DNA of 64,000 bases from Bacteroidales bacterium (GTDB lineage: Bacteria; Bacteroidota; Bacteroidia; Bacteroidales; WRLA01), in the NCBI GenBank assembly GCA_963676725.1, contig OY781463.1:4048976-4112975 (forward strand), given 5' to 3'. Positions 21,671 to 31,173 of the stretch are shown one piece after another (positions within the stretch are counted from its first letter, which is position 1; each line of letters opens with the position of its first letter). The translations under genes and the position numbers were made by a program. The notes below the pieces were generated by a model. The model was not told the DNA's origin and ran no database searches. It saw nothing but the letters and a program-made list of their open reading frames with translations.

Positions 21671-21678
21671 CAAAATTA
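21671..21678 (-). promoter_or_regulatory. -7 box TAATTTTG upstream of the transglycosylase operon
   Basis: Exact TAnnTTTG on the minus strand, about 25 nt from the first ATG (21646). Confidence 0.35.
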
Positions 21679-21860
21679 CGCTAATCCCAATTATGTATAG
21701 CCATTATTAGCGATTCGCGGAAAAAACAAATATATCCCATTCCGTTGGGATTCACTTAAAAAACACTTTAATCATCTAATCTCAAAGATATTATAACGCA
21801 AACTTAGAATGAATTTATATATAAATAAGCAGAATAATTGCAGGTATCAGTGTCTGGGTG

Positions 21861-21868
21861 TACTTTTG
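21861..21868 (+). promoter_or_regulatory. -7 box TACTTTTG upstream of the CoA-transferase
   Basis: Exact TAnnTTTG, 39 nt before the ATG at 21908. Confidence 0.35.
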
Positions 21869-21907
21869 CTCCTCTAAATCAGACTATAAACCCTAATAGC
21901 AGCAAAA

Positions 21908-23200
21908 ATGTACAAAACGACAGAAGCAAATCAGGCAGTTAAAATTATTAAAAGCGGAGATCGTGTGTTTATTCACAGCGTTGCTCTTGCCCCAAAAATC
22001 CTTATCGATGCAATGATTGGTCGTGCTTCGGAGCTGAGAGACGTAAATATTCTTCACATTCACACAGAAGGCCCGGCACCTTATACAGAAGAAAAATATG
22101 AAGGGATTTTTCATCTTGACTCCTATTTTGTTGGGCATAATGTTCGGGAGGCCACACAAGCAGGCCGCGCCGATTATATTCCCGTATTTTTAAGCGAAAC
22201 CCCCAGGCTAATCCGTGAAGGGGTATTGCCTATTGATGTTGCGATGGTTCAAGTTAGCCCACCCGACCGCTTTGGCTATGTATCAATTGGCACATCAGTA
22301 GATTGCTCATTAGCGGCTATACAGGAAGCAAAACATGTGATTGCCGTAGTGAACAAATATGTGCCGCGCACTTGGGGCGATGCTATGATCCATATGCGTG
22401 AAATAGACACTTTTGTCGCTCATGATGCCCCTTTAATTGAAGCCAGTTTTCCCGAACCATCAGAAATAGAATATAAAATTGGCCAGAACTGCGCTGCACT
22501 GATTGAAGACGGCGCATGTCTTCAAATGGGTATTGGCGCAATTCCAAATGCCGTACTTGCCTCATTAACAAACCATAAACACCTTGGTGTTCACACTGAG
22601 ATGTTCTCGGATGGACTCATCCCCCTTATTGAAAACGGAACCGTTGATAATAGTTTAAAAGCCATTGACAAGGGCAAAACCGTGGCTTCTTTCCTTATGG
22701 GAACCCAAAAAACCTACAGTTTTGTGGATGACAATCCAGGTGTAGCCATGATGGATGTTGCTTACGTAAATGCTGTTGCTACAATCAGAAAAAACCCTAA
22801 AGTAACCGCTATTAATTCGGCTATTGAAATTGACCTAACAGGCCAGGTTTGCTCCGATTCGATTGGATGCAAGCACTATAGCGGCGTTGGTGGACAGATT
22901 GATTTTATTCGCGGGGCAGGATTTTCTGAAGGTGGAAAACCAATTATTGCAATCCCATCTACTACGAAAAACGGTAAATTCAGTAAAATTAGCCCGATGT
23001 TAAAAACAGGCGCAGGTGTTGTTACCACACGTGCAAATATGCATTATGTTGCCACTGAATTTGGTGTTGCCGATTTATATGGCAAAAACCTACAGCAAAG
23101 GGCACACGCCTTAATCAAAATTGCCCATCCGAACCATCGCGAAGATCTTGAAAAAGCAGCCTTTGAGCGCTTTGGCAAACACTTTCTCCACGTAAAATAA
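21908..23200 (+). CDS. Acetyl-CoA hydrolase/transferase family protein (4-hydroxybutyrate/succinate CoA-transferase-like)
   Basis: 430 aa. The N-terminal region (KSGDRVFIHSVALAP) and C-terminal region (EIDLTGQVCSDSIG...SGVGGQIDF) are family-typical. Confidence 0.85.
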   Translation: MYKTTEANQAVKIIKSGDRVFIHSVALAPKILIDAMIGRASELRDVNILHIHTEGPAPYTEEKYEGIFHLDSYFVGHNVREATQAGRADYIPVFLSETPRLIREGVLPIDVAMVQVSPPDRFGYVSIGTSVDCSLAAIQEAKHVIAVVNKYVPRTWGDAMIHMREIDTFVAHDAPLIEASFPEPSEIEYKIGQNCAALIEDGACLQMGIGAIPNAVLASLTNHKHLGVHTEMFSDGLIPLIENGTVDNSLKAIDKGKTVASFLMGTQKTYSFVDDNPGVAMMDVAYVNAVATIRKNPKVTAINSAIEIDLTGQVCSDSIGCKHYSGVGGQIDFIRGAGFSEGGKPIIAIPSTTKNGKFSKISPMLKTGAGVVTTRANMHYVATEFGVADLYGKNLQQRAHALIKIAHPNHREDLEKAAFERFGKHFLHVK

Positions 23201-23230
23201 TTAGCGACTTCATTTCCTAAAGCAGAAAAA

Positions 23231-23260
23231 GCCCCATATCCGATTCGATATGGGGCTTTT
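23231..23260. terminator. Rho-independent terminator between convergent genes
   Basis: 10-bp GC-rich perfect stem gccccatatc / gatatggggc with a 6-nt loop. TTTT lies downstream and AAAAA upstream. Confidence 0.7.
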
Positions 23261-23324
23261 AAATTATCATCGTTTTATTTAACCTGCCCAATGGCAGCCG
23301 GCTTGGCGTATGGCCAGATACAAC

Positions 23325-26210
23325 TTAATGACCGATCAACACAAAACCGCTCCAATCCATAGGCAAAAGATTCTTTTCTATTGCCGAAAGTTTTGCTTTT
23401 CGCAAAGCACTTGCATATGAATCGCCTTCCAAAACATATCGATAAAAATTGAGCATAAATTCTTTGGTGTGTTCGTCGTGGATTTTCCAAAGTGAAGCAA
23501 GAATATTATTTGCTCCTGCAAAGAGAAAGCCCCTAGGCAATGCAATGATTCCTTCTCCATCTGTAATTGATCCATAGCCTGTTTTGCACGCGCTAAGAAC
23601 AACAAGGGAAGCATGAATGTCGAGATTGTACAATTCACTCATTTGCAAGAAACCATCATAATTTCCATCCCCATTTTGACTCAGAAACACACCTGTTCTC
23701 CAAGGCTGTGATTTAACAGCAACGCCATGGGTCGCAAAATGATAGATTCCATATTTTGAGGCATTATCACGAAAGGCTTTTTCCGTAGCATCTTGCTTGA
23801 TCCTTAAGTCAGATATTATTCCAAAATCCTGAAACAGTTGATTGATTGCCTGCGCTTCTTCGACCGCAAAAGGAAGAGGCATTAGATGGGCTTCATCCGC
23901 CGCAAAAACATCCATATCGTCTAATGGCAAATCCCTGAAAGGAGAACGACTGGCCAAAGCACCATCGTCACCCCCATCAAAACCCGGGGAAAGAATAAAA
24001 ATAGACTCATCATTCAAATGTTGTTCCTTTAAGGATTCATAATAAAATACAGGCGAATAATTATAGACGATATCGTGGGTTTCGATAAGCATTTTCCCTT
24101 CGTTTCCCGGAGAAGGCAACAAATCGAATGGCAACAAAAACAACATCTTATCCGGAATAACTACCAATTTATCCTTTGCACTTATATTCGATTTCACAGG
24201 CTTCAGCAAGGCATCATATAAAATGTGATTCGCAGGCATATTGGCCATATCGCCCGTTTTAATCTTTCGAAAGAGAGTATTCACCTCTTTTCCCAGATCG
24301 ACATTAAGCTGATTATGCGCCAAAAAAACGCCGTTTTTTGAAACATCAAAAATATAGACAACAGAATCGTAATAGTAATAATCGAGCAGGATTGCCGATT
24401 CGGGCATTGCTTTTTGCAGCTCCGTTGGAGAAACTTGAGCGCTTTGGTGCATTTGCGCTTCAGAACTATTTTCATCCGATCTCATTTGCATCACAAGCAA
24501 TTCCTGATTTTTCTCAAACCATTGATCACGAATAGAGATAAATTCAGCAGAGCTACTATCCTTTATTTGTTGCAATTGCGTATCAATATCCAAAATTTCG
24601 CGGTATAATTTCTGTTTTGCAATTTCTTGCTTGGAGGCATTCTTTGTTTCTTTCGCTTTCAGTTTTTGGATATATAATTGATTGGCCTTATTGGTTGAGA
24701 CCATTTCCCATAATATCTTGGTGTCCTTATCCGACAAATCAATTTCCGCATAAAACTCCAGCATTTCATGAGTCAGCAAATCGAGTTCTTTGGAATAGTT
24801 TATCATCGTTTCTTCCATGCTCAGAGCGGAAACCATATAGCGCTCATTATATTCAATAAAGCCTTGATAATGATTTGTAATTGCCTGAAGGAGTGTGTCT
24901 GAAGGCTTTTTCTCATACATTTGGCGAAGAAGGATAATTTTATTCTTCAAAGCATTGGGAATAACACTCACGAAGCCCTCTTCTATGGATGGGATCAAAG
25001 GAGCATCAAGCTGATTTTGCGGCAAGGGCTGATCCATGCTTTCAAATAATACTTCATTAAGATATGCCAATGCTTTATAAGGTTCACTTTGTTCATATGC
25101 GATTTCAGCCAAGGCATCCCGAACATTTTGCACCATAAGGTAGTTTCCCCATGCAACATATCCTTTCATAGCATCTTCCATATAAGGCAATGCTGCTTCA
25201 AATTCTTTCTTCTTGATGTGATATCTCCCTTGGCGAAATAAAAACTCGGGATAATACAGGTGGGTGCTGTCGAGCTGAGTATGAAAAATTTGGGCAGTAG
25301 AATCCATACATCGTTCGGCATTATCAAAATCCTTAAAGCGCATATATGCATCGAAAAGATTCAGGTATAATTCCAGTTTTCGGGGCGCATGATTGAGCCC
25401 ATCGACGGCAAAAAGGTCTTCATTCTTTTTGTACCAGTAGAACTGTTCGTCTTTATACTCATCACCCAAATTATTAAATGTTGTTGCCAGCATACCATAC
25501 ACAACAGCCATCATCCCTAAATTTGGGCGCTCGGCCTTTTGAAGCATTTTTAATGCCTGCTTCAGCACTTCCTTAGCGAATAAAGGGTCATAATTACTGA
25601 TATATTCCCCTTTAAGAGCTAGGGAAATACCCCCATATAAATAGAAATTATGTCGATCACAAATCGAAATCGCCGAATCGAGGATTATAAGTTTTTGATT
25701 AATCGACTCTAATTTCGGCATATTATTCGCCAATTCGATAAGGCTAGTTGCGTTTAAAAAAGGATCGCCGAGCTTTGAAAAAATGTTTGCCATTTTATTA
25801 ACATCCTGAAAACACCTTTGCTTATCCAGATAATTTGAATTGATGCCCATCACCTGATAAACAGCACCATAAGCATAGACTAAGGTATCATAGCCCTTTA
25901 ACAAATAGTTCTTTTGGGCATCAAACAGCATGCTGTCGGACATTTGCATCATCTGCGCCAAAGTAAATTCCCTGGCAATACTTGCCTGAGCATAAAGAAT
26001 CTGCTCTGCAGTATTTTGCCCGGCAGTATCCATTGCCTGAGCCAGTTCCGCATGATAGAGTAAAAGGCTATCAGGATTCCCTAAATCAGAAATCCTGATA
26101 AATTCTTGATAAAAAGTTGATGTTCGGGCTTGATTTTCTAATTCTGATGTTTGAGCATAAGCCAACACAGCCATCCAAGCCAGGATGAGCGATAAAAGTA
26201 GTTTTTTCAT
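23325..26210 (-). CDS. Exported TPR-repeat / CHAT-domain protein (caspase-fold protease family)
   Basis: The C-terminal CHAT domain has the His/Cys dyad contexts YHFATHGV and LVVLSACKTG, and TPR-like helical repeats lie upstream. I moved the start to the ATG at 26208-26210 (MKKLLLSLILAWMAVLAYAQ, a signal peptide). A -7 box and a terminator lie inside the ORF-track extension. Confidence 0.85.
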   Translation of the reverse strand: MKKLLLSLILAWMAVLAYAQTSELENQARTSTFYQEFIRISDLGNPDSLLLYHAELAQAMDTAGQNTAEQILYAQASIAREFTLAQMMQMSDSMLFDAQKNYLLKGYDTLVYAYGAVYQVMGINSNYLDKQRCFQDVNKMANIFSKLGDPFLNATSLIELANNMPKLESINQKLIILDSAISICDRHNFYLYGGISLALKGEYISNYDPLFAKEVLKQALKMLQKAERPNLGMMAVVYGMLATTFNNLGDEYKDEQFYWYKKNEDLFAVDGLNHAPRKLELYLNLFDAYMRFKDFDNAERCMDSTAQIFHTQLDSTHLYYPEFLFRQGRYHIKKKEFEAALPYMEDAMKGYVAWGNYLMVQNVRDALAEIAYEQSEPYKALAYLNEVLFESMDQPLPQNQLDAPLIPSIEEGFVSVIPNALKNKIILLRQMYEKKPSDTLLQAITNHYQGFIEYNERYMVSALSMEETMINYSKELDLLTHEMLEFYAEIDLSDKDTKILWEMVSTNKANQLYIQKLKAKETKNASKQEIAKQKLYREILDIDTQLQQIKDSSSAEFISIRDQWFEKNQELLVMQMRSDENSSEAQMHQSAQVSPTELQKAMPESAILLDYYYYDSVVYIFDVSKNGVFLAHNQLNVDLGKEVNTLFRKIKTGDMANMPANHILYDALLKPVKSNISAKDKLVVIPDKMLFLLPFDLLPSPGNEGKMLIETHDIVYNYSPVFYYESLKEQHLNDESIFILSPGFDGGDDGALASRSPFRDLPLDDMDVFAADEAHLMPLPFAVEEAQAINQLFQDFGIISDLRIKQDATEKAFRDNASKYGIYHFATHGVAVKSQPWRTGVFLSQNGDGNYDGFLQMSELYNLDIHASLVVLSACKTGYGSITDGEGIIALPRGFLFAGANNILASLWKIHDEHTKEFMLNFYRYVLEGDSYASALRKAKLSAIEKNLLPMDWSGFVLIGH

Positions 26211-26234
26211 AGATGTAATTATTCCTTTCGCAGA

Positions 26235-26242
26235 CAAAAATA
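26235..26242 (-). promoter_or_regulatory. -7 box TATTTTTG upstream of the CHAT gene
   Basis: Exact TAnnTTTG on the minus strand, 24 nt from the ATG at 26210. Confidence 0.35.
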
Positions 26243-26324
26243 CATATAAAGATGGGAATTGTGCAGCAAGAATGAATATTTGCCGTCTTTTTAAACCGAC
26301 CAGCCAAATCCGGGACATTTTAGG

Positions 26325-26370
26325 ATAAAAAAAGGCAATCTTTCTGCTATTTGATACAAAAAGATTGCCT
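26325..26370 (-). terminator. Rho-independent terminator after the small lipoprotein gene
   Basis: Perfect 11-bp stem aggcaatcttt / aaagattgcct with a 16-nt loop. A U-run follows in the minus-strand transcript. Confidence 0.7.
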
Positions 26371-26426
26371 ATTAAAACAATTGTTAAAGGGGGAGGATTT
26401 GCTAAAAAAGGAATGTCAAAACAAAC

Positions 26427-26915
26427 CTATTCAATTCCGGCGTGACCGCCCCATCCCTGAATCCAATAATGGCCTGTTTCGGGATCCTGACGCACAGTTA
26501 CATAGGCTGTTCTATCATCTCCGCCCCAATGTGTAATAAAATACTCACCATCGCCCCAGTAAGGCAATTCCCAAAGGTTTACAGAATTCCCATCAGCATC
26601 CTTGATTGTAAGCCGATATTCCCAACGATTGAGGTTTGGGATTTTTAGGGTAAAAAAGGTATGGTCTCCCGGAGCAAGAGTAATGCCGGGAATAATATTA
26701 TCGCCCCAGTCTCCGGTAGGACCCGTGTCTTCATCTGCCCTTCCATGTGGGCGCATCTGCATCCCTATAATAGAGACATCTGAAGTGGGTTCATTTGTAA
26801 ATTTAACATACAATTCATCATGCGTATCAACCGGCGTGTCGTCAGTATCGTCTTTATCACATGCGGCAAAAAACATCATGACAAACAAAAAAGGTAAAAT
26901 AGATAGGTTTTTCAT
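26427..26915 (-). CDS. Small lipoprotein, unknown function
   Basis: The start is moved to MKNLSILPFLFVMMFFAAC (lipobox), because a -7 box lies in the ORF-track extension. It is rich in D, G and W, and I recognise no family. Confidence 0.55.
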   Translation of the reverse strand: MKNLSILPFLFVMMFFAACDKDDTDDTPVDTHDELYVKFTNEPTSDVSIIGMQMRPHGRADEDTGPTGDWGDNIIPGITLAPGDHTFFTLKIPNLNRWEYRLTIKDADGNSVNLWELPYWGDGEYFITHWGGDDRTAYVTVRQDPETGHYWIQGWGGHAGIE

Positions 26916-26948
26916 GGTAATTTGATTTAGAGTAATATCTGGTTTGTT

Positions 26949-26956
26949 CAAAGATA
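26949..26956 (-). promoter_or_regulatory. -7 box TATCTTTG upstream of the small lipoprotein gene
   Basis: Exact TAnnTTTG on the minus strand, 33 nt from the ATG at 26915. Confidence 0.35.
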
Positions 26957-27071
26957 ATGCTTTTCTCCTTTCGATATAGGATAATTATCATAAAAACATC
27001 CACTAATATCAGCCTTTCATATCAACAGAAAACATCTTCAAAAGGATAACCGCAGAACGATATACGGAATA

Positions 27072-29495
27072 CTATTCATATTTAATGGCATTCGCCGGGT
27101 TTGCTGTTGCCGCTTTAAGGATATGCCAACTAACTGTAAAAAGGGTAATTAGCCCGCTAAGCACCCCTGCAAGTATATACACCCCCGCAGTAATGTTCGT
27201 ATGACTGGCGAATTGCTGCAGCCATTGATTTAAGAGCAGGTGTGCAACGGGGATAGAAATGACAAAAGCAATGAGCACTAAAACGGCAAATTCGCGGTAG
27301 AGCAAAATAAAAATCTGCATTATATTGGCACCCATAACCTTACGGATTCCAATTTCACGAGTTTTTTGTTCTGCCATAAAAGAGGCCAGTCCTAAAAGAC
27401 CGAGCAATGCTATAAAAATTGAAAATCCTGCAGCAATATTGAAAATCACAGAAAGTTTTTTTTCTGATTGGTACATCTCTTCAAGGCTTTTCGAAAGGAA
27501 CTCATAATCAAAGGGATGGGTTGTTGTGAATTGATTCCAATTTTCCTCTATAAACCCGAGTGTCTCAGCAGTATTTACCCCATCCATTTTAATATTGAGC
27601 AAGAATCCAGGCCTGCGGGTCAAAAACAAAACTAATGGCTCAACAGGATTATGTAAAGAGCGATAATTAAAATCTTTAACAACCCCAATCACTTTTGTGG
27701 GACGAGCAATATTCCCTTCCCCATCAATACCAAAGTGGATCTTTTTACCAATTGGGTTATCATGCCAGCCAAGTTTTTTGGCCGCCGCTTCATTAATAAT
27801 TGCAGCTTCCAGCAGGTCTGTAGAACCGCCACCACCATAAAAATTACGGCCTTTAATTAGGTTTAAACCCAGAACATCAATATAAGATGTATCTACCATA
27901 GTTAAATTAAGGGCAATTTCTTTCATGCCATCTTGTTGTTCAACACGCATAACCAGAATAGAATTGATGCGGCCCGGGATCCCATTCGCGCAACTCACCT
28001 CCAATATATGAGGATTTTGCATGAGCAGTTTTTTAAATTCCGGTAATTTCCATCGAAAAGTTGTATCCTGCACTTCACAACTAATCAGGTTTTCTTTAGA
28101 ATAACCCTGGTCGCTTGTTTGAAAATAATCCAATTGCCTGCCAACCACTATTGTTCCTGTGATCATCACAATAGCAATCAAAAATTGGAATACAACCAAT
28201 AATTTCCTCAGGAATCCTGATTTTCCACCAGTACTTAAACGGCCTTTTAATACCTCAACGGGTTCAAATCCTGCCAAATAGAATGCGGGGTAAATTCCGG
28301 ATGCAAAGCCAGTAAAAAGGGCAATCCCGAGCATAATCAAAACAACATTAGTACTCCTGATCAAACCAAATTCTAGGGACTTTCCTGATATTTCATTAAA
28401 ATAAGGCAATAAAAGCTCCATAAAAATCATTGCCAAAACAAAAGCCGTAACAGCCATAAAAACAGACTCATTAAGGAACTGCCTACGAATTTGCCCATTA
28501 TAAGCTCCTGCTACTTTTCGAATACCCACTTCCCTTGCTCTTTTTGACGATCGTGCCGTAGCCAGGTTCATATAATTGATGCTTGCAAGGCTTAGGATAA
28601 ATAAAGCAACAAGACTGAAAATCCAGATATAGGCTTTGTTTCCTTTCGGTAAGTCGCCACCAATAGGCTGACTATGGTGTACATCAGCCAAAGGAGTTAA
28701 AGAAATATTAAAGGACGCATTAATCTGATCACCTATTGTTTTCATGTATTTATCATAGAATGCAGGAAAGTTTTCCAGAATATTCTCAGCATCTGCATTC
28801 TCTTTTAAAAGAATATATGTATAAGGGTTTATATTCCAGAAACTTCCCGGCTCCAAGCTATTAAAACGCTCTTCACCAAACATTTCGGTTAGGGTAGACA
28901 TAGAAAGGAGAGCCCGAAATCTAAGATGGGAATTTTGTGGAACATCTTCAATAACACCAGTCACCTGATAATTCCGTTCATGATCCAGCTGTATTGTTTC
29001 GCCAATCGGGTTGTTGTCACCGAAATATTTTTGGGCAAGCGATTTTGTTAATACGATGCTGGAAGGCTCAACCAATGCAGTTTCTGCCACCCCCAAAATA
29101 AAAGGGTGTGTAAAAACATCAAAAACAGTGGAATCCGCAAAATAGATTAAGTCCTCATAATTTTCATTATCCCCATATTCAAAGAGCACATTATCGGCAT
29201 CAGCAAAACGCACAAAGGTCTCCACTTCCGGAAATTCAATTTTTAATGCAGGGCCCATTGCAATGGCGGAACTAGCAAAATCATCATGCTTATCGCCAAT
29301 TTTAAAATGGGATTCCTGTCGATAAATCCGTTCATGTTTTTCATGATATGTATCAAAAGAAAGCTCATCAAGAATAAAAAGGATTAAGAAACCCGCAACT
29401 AGCAGACCGGTAACCAAGCCAAAAATATTTAAAAAAGAATAAAATTTGTTGCGGCTGATGTTACGCAAAGCAATGAGAAAGTAATTTTTAATCAT
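27072..29495 (-). CDS. ABC transporter permease, FtsX/MacB-like (duplicated module)
   Basis: 807 aa. It has two 4-TM FtsX-type modules, each with a large extracytoplasmic domain. The N-terminus MIKNYFLIALRNISRNKFYSFLNI is typical. No adjacent ATPase gene is present. Confidence 0.85.
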   Translation of the reverse strand: MIKNYFLIALRNISRNKFYSFLNIFGLVTGLLVAGFLILFILDELSFDTYHEKHERIYRQESHFKIGDKHDDFASSAIAMGPALKIEFPEVETFVRFADADNVLFEYGDNENYEDLIYFADSTVFDVFTHPFILGVAETALVEPSSIVLTKSLAQKYFGDNNPIGETIQLDHERNYQVTGVIEDVPQNSHLRFRALLSMSTLTEMFGEERFNSLEPGSFWNINPYTYILLKENADAENILENFPAFYDKYMKTIGDQINASFNISLTPLADVHHSQPIGGDLPKGNKAYIWIFSLVALFILSLASINYMNLATARSSKRAREVGIRKVAGAYNGQIRRQFLNESVFMAVTAFVLAMIFMELLLPYFNEISGKSLEFGLIRSTNVVLIMLGIALFTGFASGIYPAFYLAGFEPVEVLKGRLSTGGKSGFLRKLLVVFQFLIAIVMITGTIVVGRQLDYFQTSDQGYSKENLISCEVQDTTFRWKLPEFKKLLMQNPHILEVSCANGIPGRINSILVMRVEQQDGMKEIALNLTMVDTSYIDVLGLNLIKGRNFYGGGGSTDLLEAAIINEAAAKKLGWHDNPIGKKIHFGIDGEGNIARPTKVIGVVKDFNYRSLHNPVEPLVLFLTRRPGFLLNIKMDGVNTAETLGFIEENWNQFTTTHPFDYEFLSKSLEEMYQSEKKLSVIFNIAAGFSIFIALLGLLGLASFMAEQKTREIGIRKVMGANIMQIFILLYREFAVLVLIAFVISIPVAHLLLNQWLQQFASHTNITAGVYILAGVLSGLITLFTVSWHILKAATANPANAIKYE

Positions 29496-29711
29496 TATGA
29501 TGGATTTAAGAACAACAGGATGAAAAACAAATAGATTTCATATTTCAATATGCACTCATTGTGCCAAAGTCACAATAATTTGTTTTTCAACATATTAACC
29601 AATAAATAAACAGAATATACCCAAAAAATAGTGTACGCAAAGCCAGAAACACTGTTCGTTTTCGCACAGAAATTTTGATAGAATAATACGGTAGATAAGA
29701 CGTTTGATTGT

Positions 29712-29719
29712 TATCTTTG
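29712..29719 (+). promoter_or_regulatory. -7 box TATCTTTG upstream of the lptF/G-family gene
   Basis: Exact TAnnTTTG, 17 nt before the ATG at 29737 and inside the ORF-track extension. Confidence 0.35.
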
Positions 29720-29736
29720 CGCATTATATCAAGTCG

Positions 29737-31173
29737 ATGAAAAAAATCTATATCCTTGTTATTCGAAGTTATCTGGGGCCATTGTTTATGACCTTCTTCA
29801 TCGCTTTGTTTATTTTGTTGATGCAATTTTTATGGAAATACATCGATGACCTTGTTGGCAAAGGCCTCGAGTGGTATGTAATTGCAGAGCTTCTTTTTTA
29901 TGCTTCTTCGACTTTTGTTCCTTTGGCTTTACCTTTAGCAATCTTATTGAGCAGCCTGATGACTTTTGGGAATTTGGGGGAGCATTACGAATTAGTTGCC
30001 ATGAAAGCGTCGGGCATTAGCTTGCGCAGAATTATGATGCCATTAGTAATCCTTTCTATTTTTATTAGCGTTTTTGCATTTTTCTTTTCGAATAATGTCT
30101 TGCCTGTGGCAAATCTCAAATTCAAATCACTGCTTTATGATGTAAAACAGCAAAAGCTGGCCTTCAATCTTAAAGAAGGGATGTTTTATCATGGCATCAA
30201 AAATTTTGTGATGCGGGCTGAAAGCAAAGAAGAAGACGGAAAAACCATTCATGGCGTGATGATCTACGACCATTCAGATAATATGGGAAATATCAAAACC
30301 ACGGTTGCAGAATCAGGAATTATGCAAATGTCTCCTGACCAACAATCTATTGTTTTTCAATTATTTGATGGCCACACTTATGAAGATCAAGTAGATCGTA
30401 AAGGCTATCGGGTTTCGAGGCCGTTTCAAAGGGTGAAATTTAAAGAACAGTACAAACGCTTCGATTTGGTTGATTTTGCTTTGCAACGCACCGATGAAGA
30501 TTTATTCAAAAGCAATTATCAAATGCTGAATTTGGATCAACTGGCCACAGCTGTTGATTCATTAAAAAAACGATTGGAGTTACGACGAGAAACCAATGTA
30601 AAATCGATTTCCAACCGTTATTATTACCTCAAACGTATCGACTCTACCATGCTTCTGGAAAGGGACAGCACAATCGTATTCGACACGAGTATTTTGGAGG
30701 TTTTCCCCGCAAAAAATATTAAGAAAGATATTAAAATGGCATTGCAGGCTGCGCGCAATATTACCGAAAACATCGGGCACAGCATTAATGACCACGAAGG
30801 ACGTGAAAAATTAATCCGAAAGCATTATGTTGTTTGGCATAAAAAATTCACCCTAAGCTTTGCATGCTTTATCTTATTCTTTGTGGGCGCACCCCTAGGA
30901 GCCATTATCAGGAAAGGCGGATTGGGTTTTCCTGTGGTTATCTCCACAGTATTTTTTGTGCTTTACCATATATTAAGCATGACAGGTGAAAAATACGCCA
31001 AAGCCGATGTTCTTCCTGTTTATCAAGGAATGTGGATTGCCTCCATTGTTTTTCTACCGATCGGGATTTTTCTTACGATTAAAGCAACCAGCGATAGCCC
31101 ATTGTTTGATATGGAAGCCTATACAAAAATATTTCAGGGATTGTGGAACCGGATAAAACCCAAGGCCAAATGA
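29737..31173 (+). CDS. LptF/LptG-family (YjgP/YjgQ) LPS export permease
   Basis: The start is MKKIYILVIRSYLGPLFMTFFIALFILL. It has multiple TM helices flanking a central soluble domain. Confidence 0.8.
   Translation: MKKIYILVIRSYLGPLFMTFFIALFILLMQFLWKYIDDLVGKGLEWYVIAELLFYASSTFVPLALPLAILLSSLMTFGNLGEHYELVAMKASGISLRRIMMPLVILSIFISVFAFFFSNNVLPVANLKFKSLLYDVKQQKLAFNLKEGMFYHGIKNFVMRAESKEEDGKTIHGVMIYDHSDNMGNIKTTVAESGIMQMSPDQQSIVFQLFDGHTYEDQVDRKGYRVSRPFQRVKFKEQYKRFDLVDFALQRTDEDLFKSNYQMLNLDQLATAVDSLKKRLELRRETNVKSISNRYYYLKRIDSTMLLERDSTIVFDTSILEVFPAKNIKKDIKMALQAARNITENIGHSINDHEGREKLIRKHYVVWHKKFTLSFACFILFFVGAPLGAIIRKGGLGFPVVISTVFFVLYHILSMTGEKYAKADVLPVYQGMWIASIVFLPIGIFLTIKATSDSPLFDMEAYTKIFQGLWNRIKPKAK

Noticed and set aside
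23325-26210. TPR-CHAT protein as a CRISPR type III-E (Csx29-like) or other defence-system component.
   Set aside because: I saw no cas genes, CRISPR repeats or other defence genes anywhere in the window. The protein also has a signal peptide, which is inconsistent with a cytoplasmic CRISPR effector partner.
26211-26318. N-terminal extensions proposed by the ORF track for several genes: 26211-26318, 26916-26951, 8482-8526, 29704-29736, 31143-31169, 43104-43133, 8314-8355.
   Set aside because: For four of these genes (8482-8526, 26211-26318, 26916-26951, 29704-29736) an exact -7 box lies inside the extension. For the others the evidence is an internal ATG that gives a proper signal peptide or family N-terminus, a stop/start overlap with the upstream gene, or a match to the paralog's N-terminus. 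I used the shorter starts.
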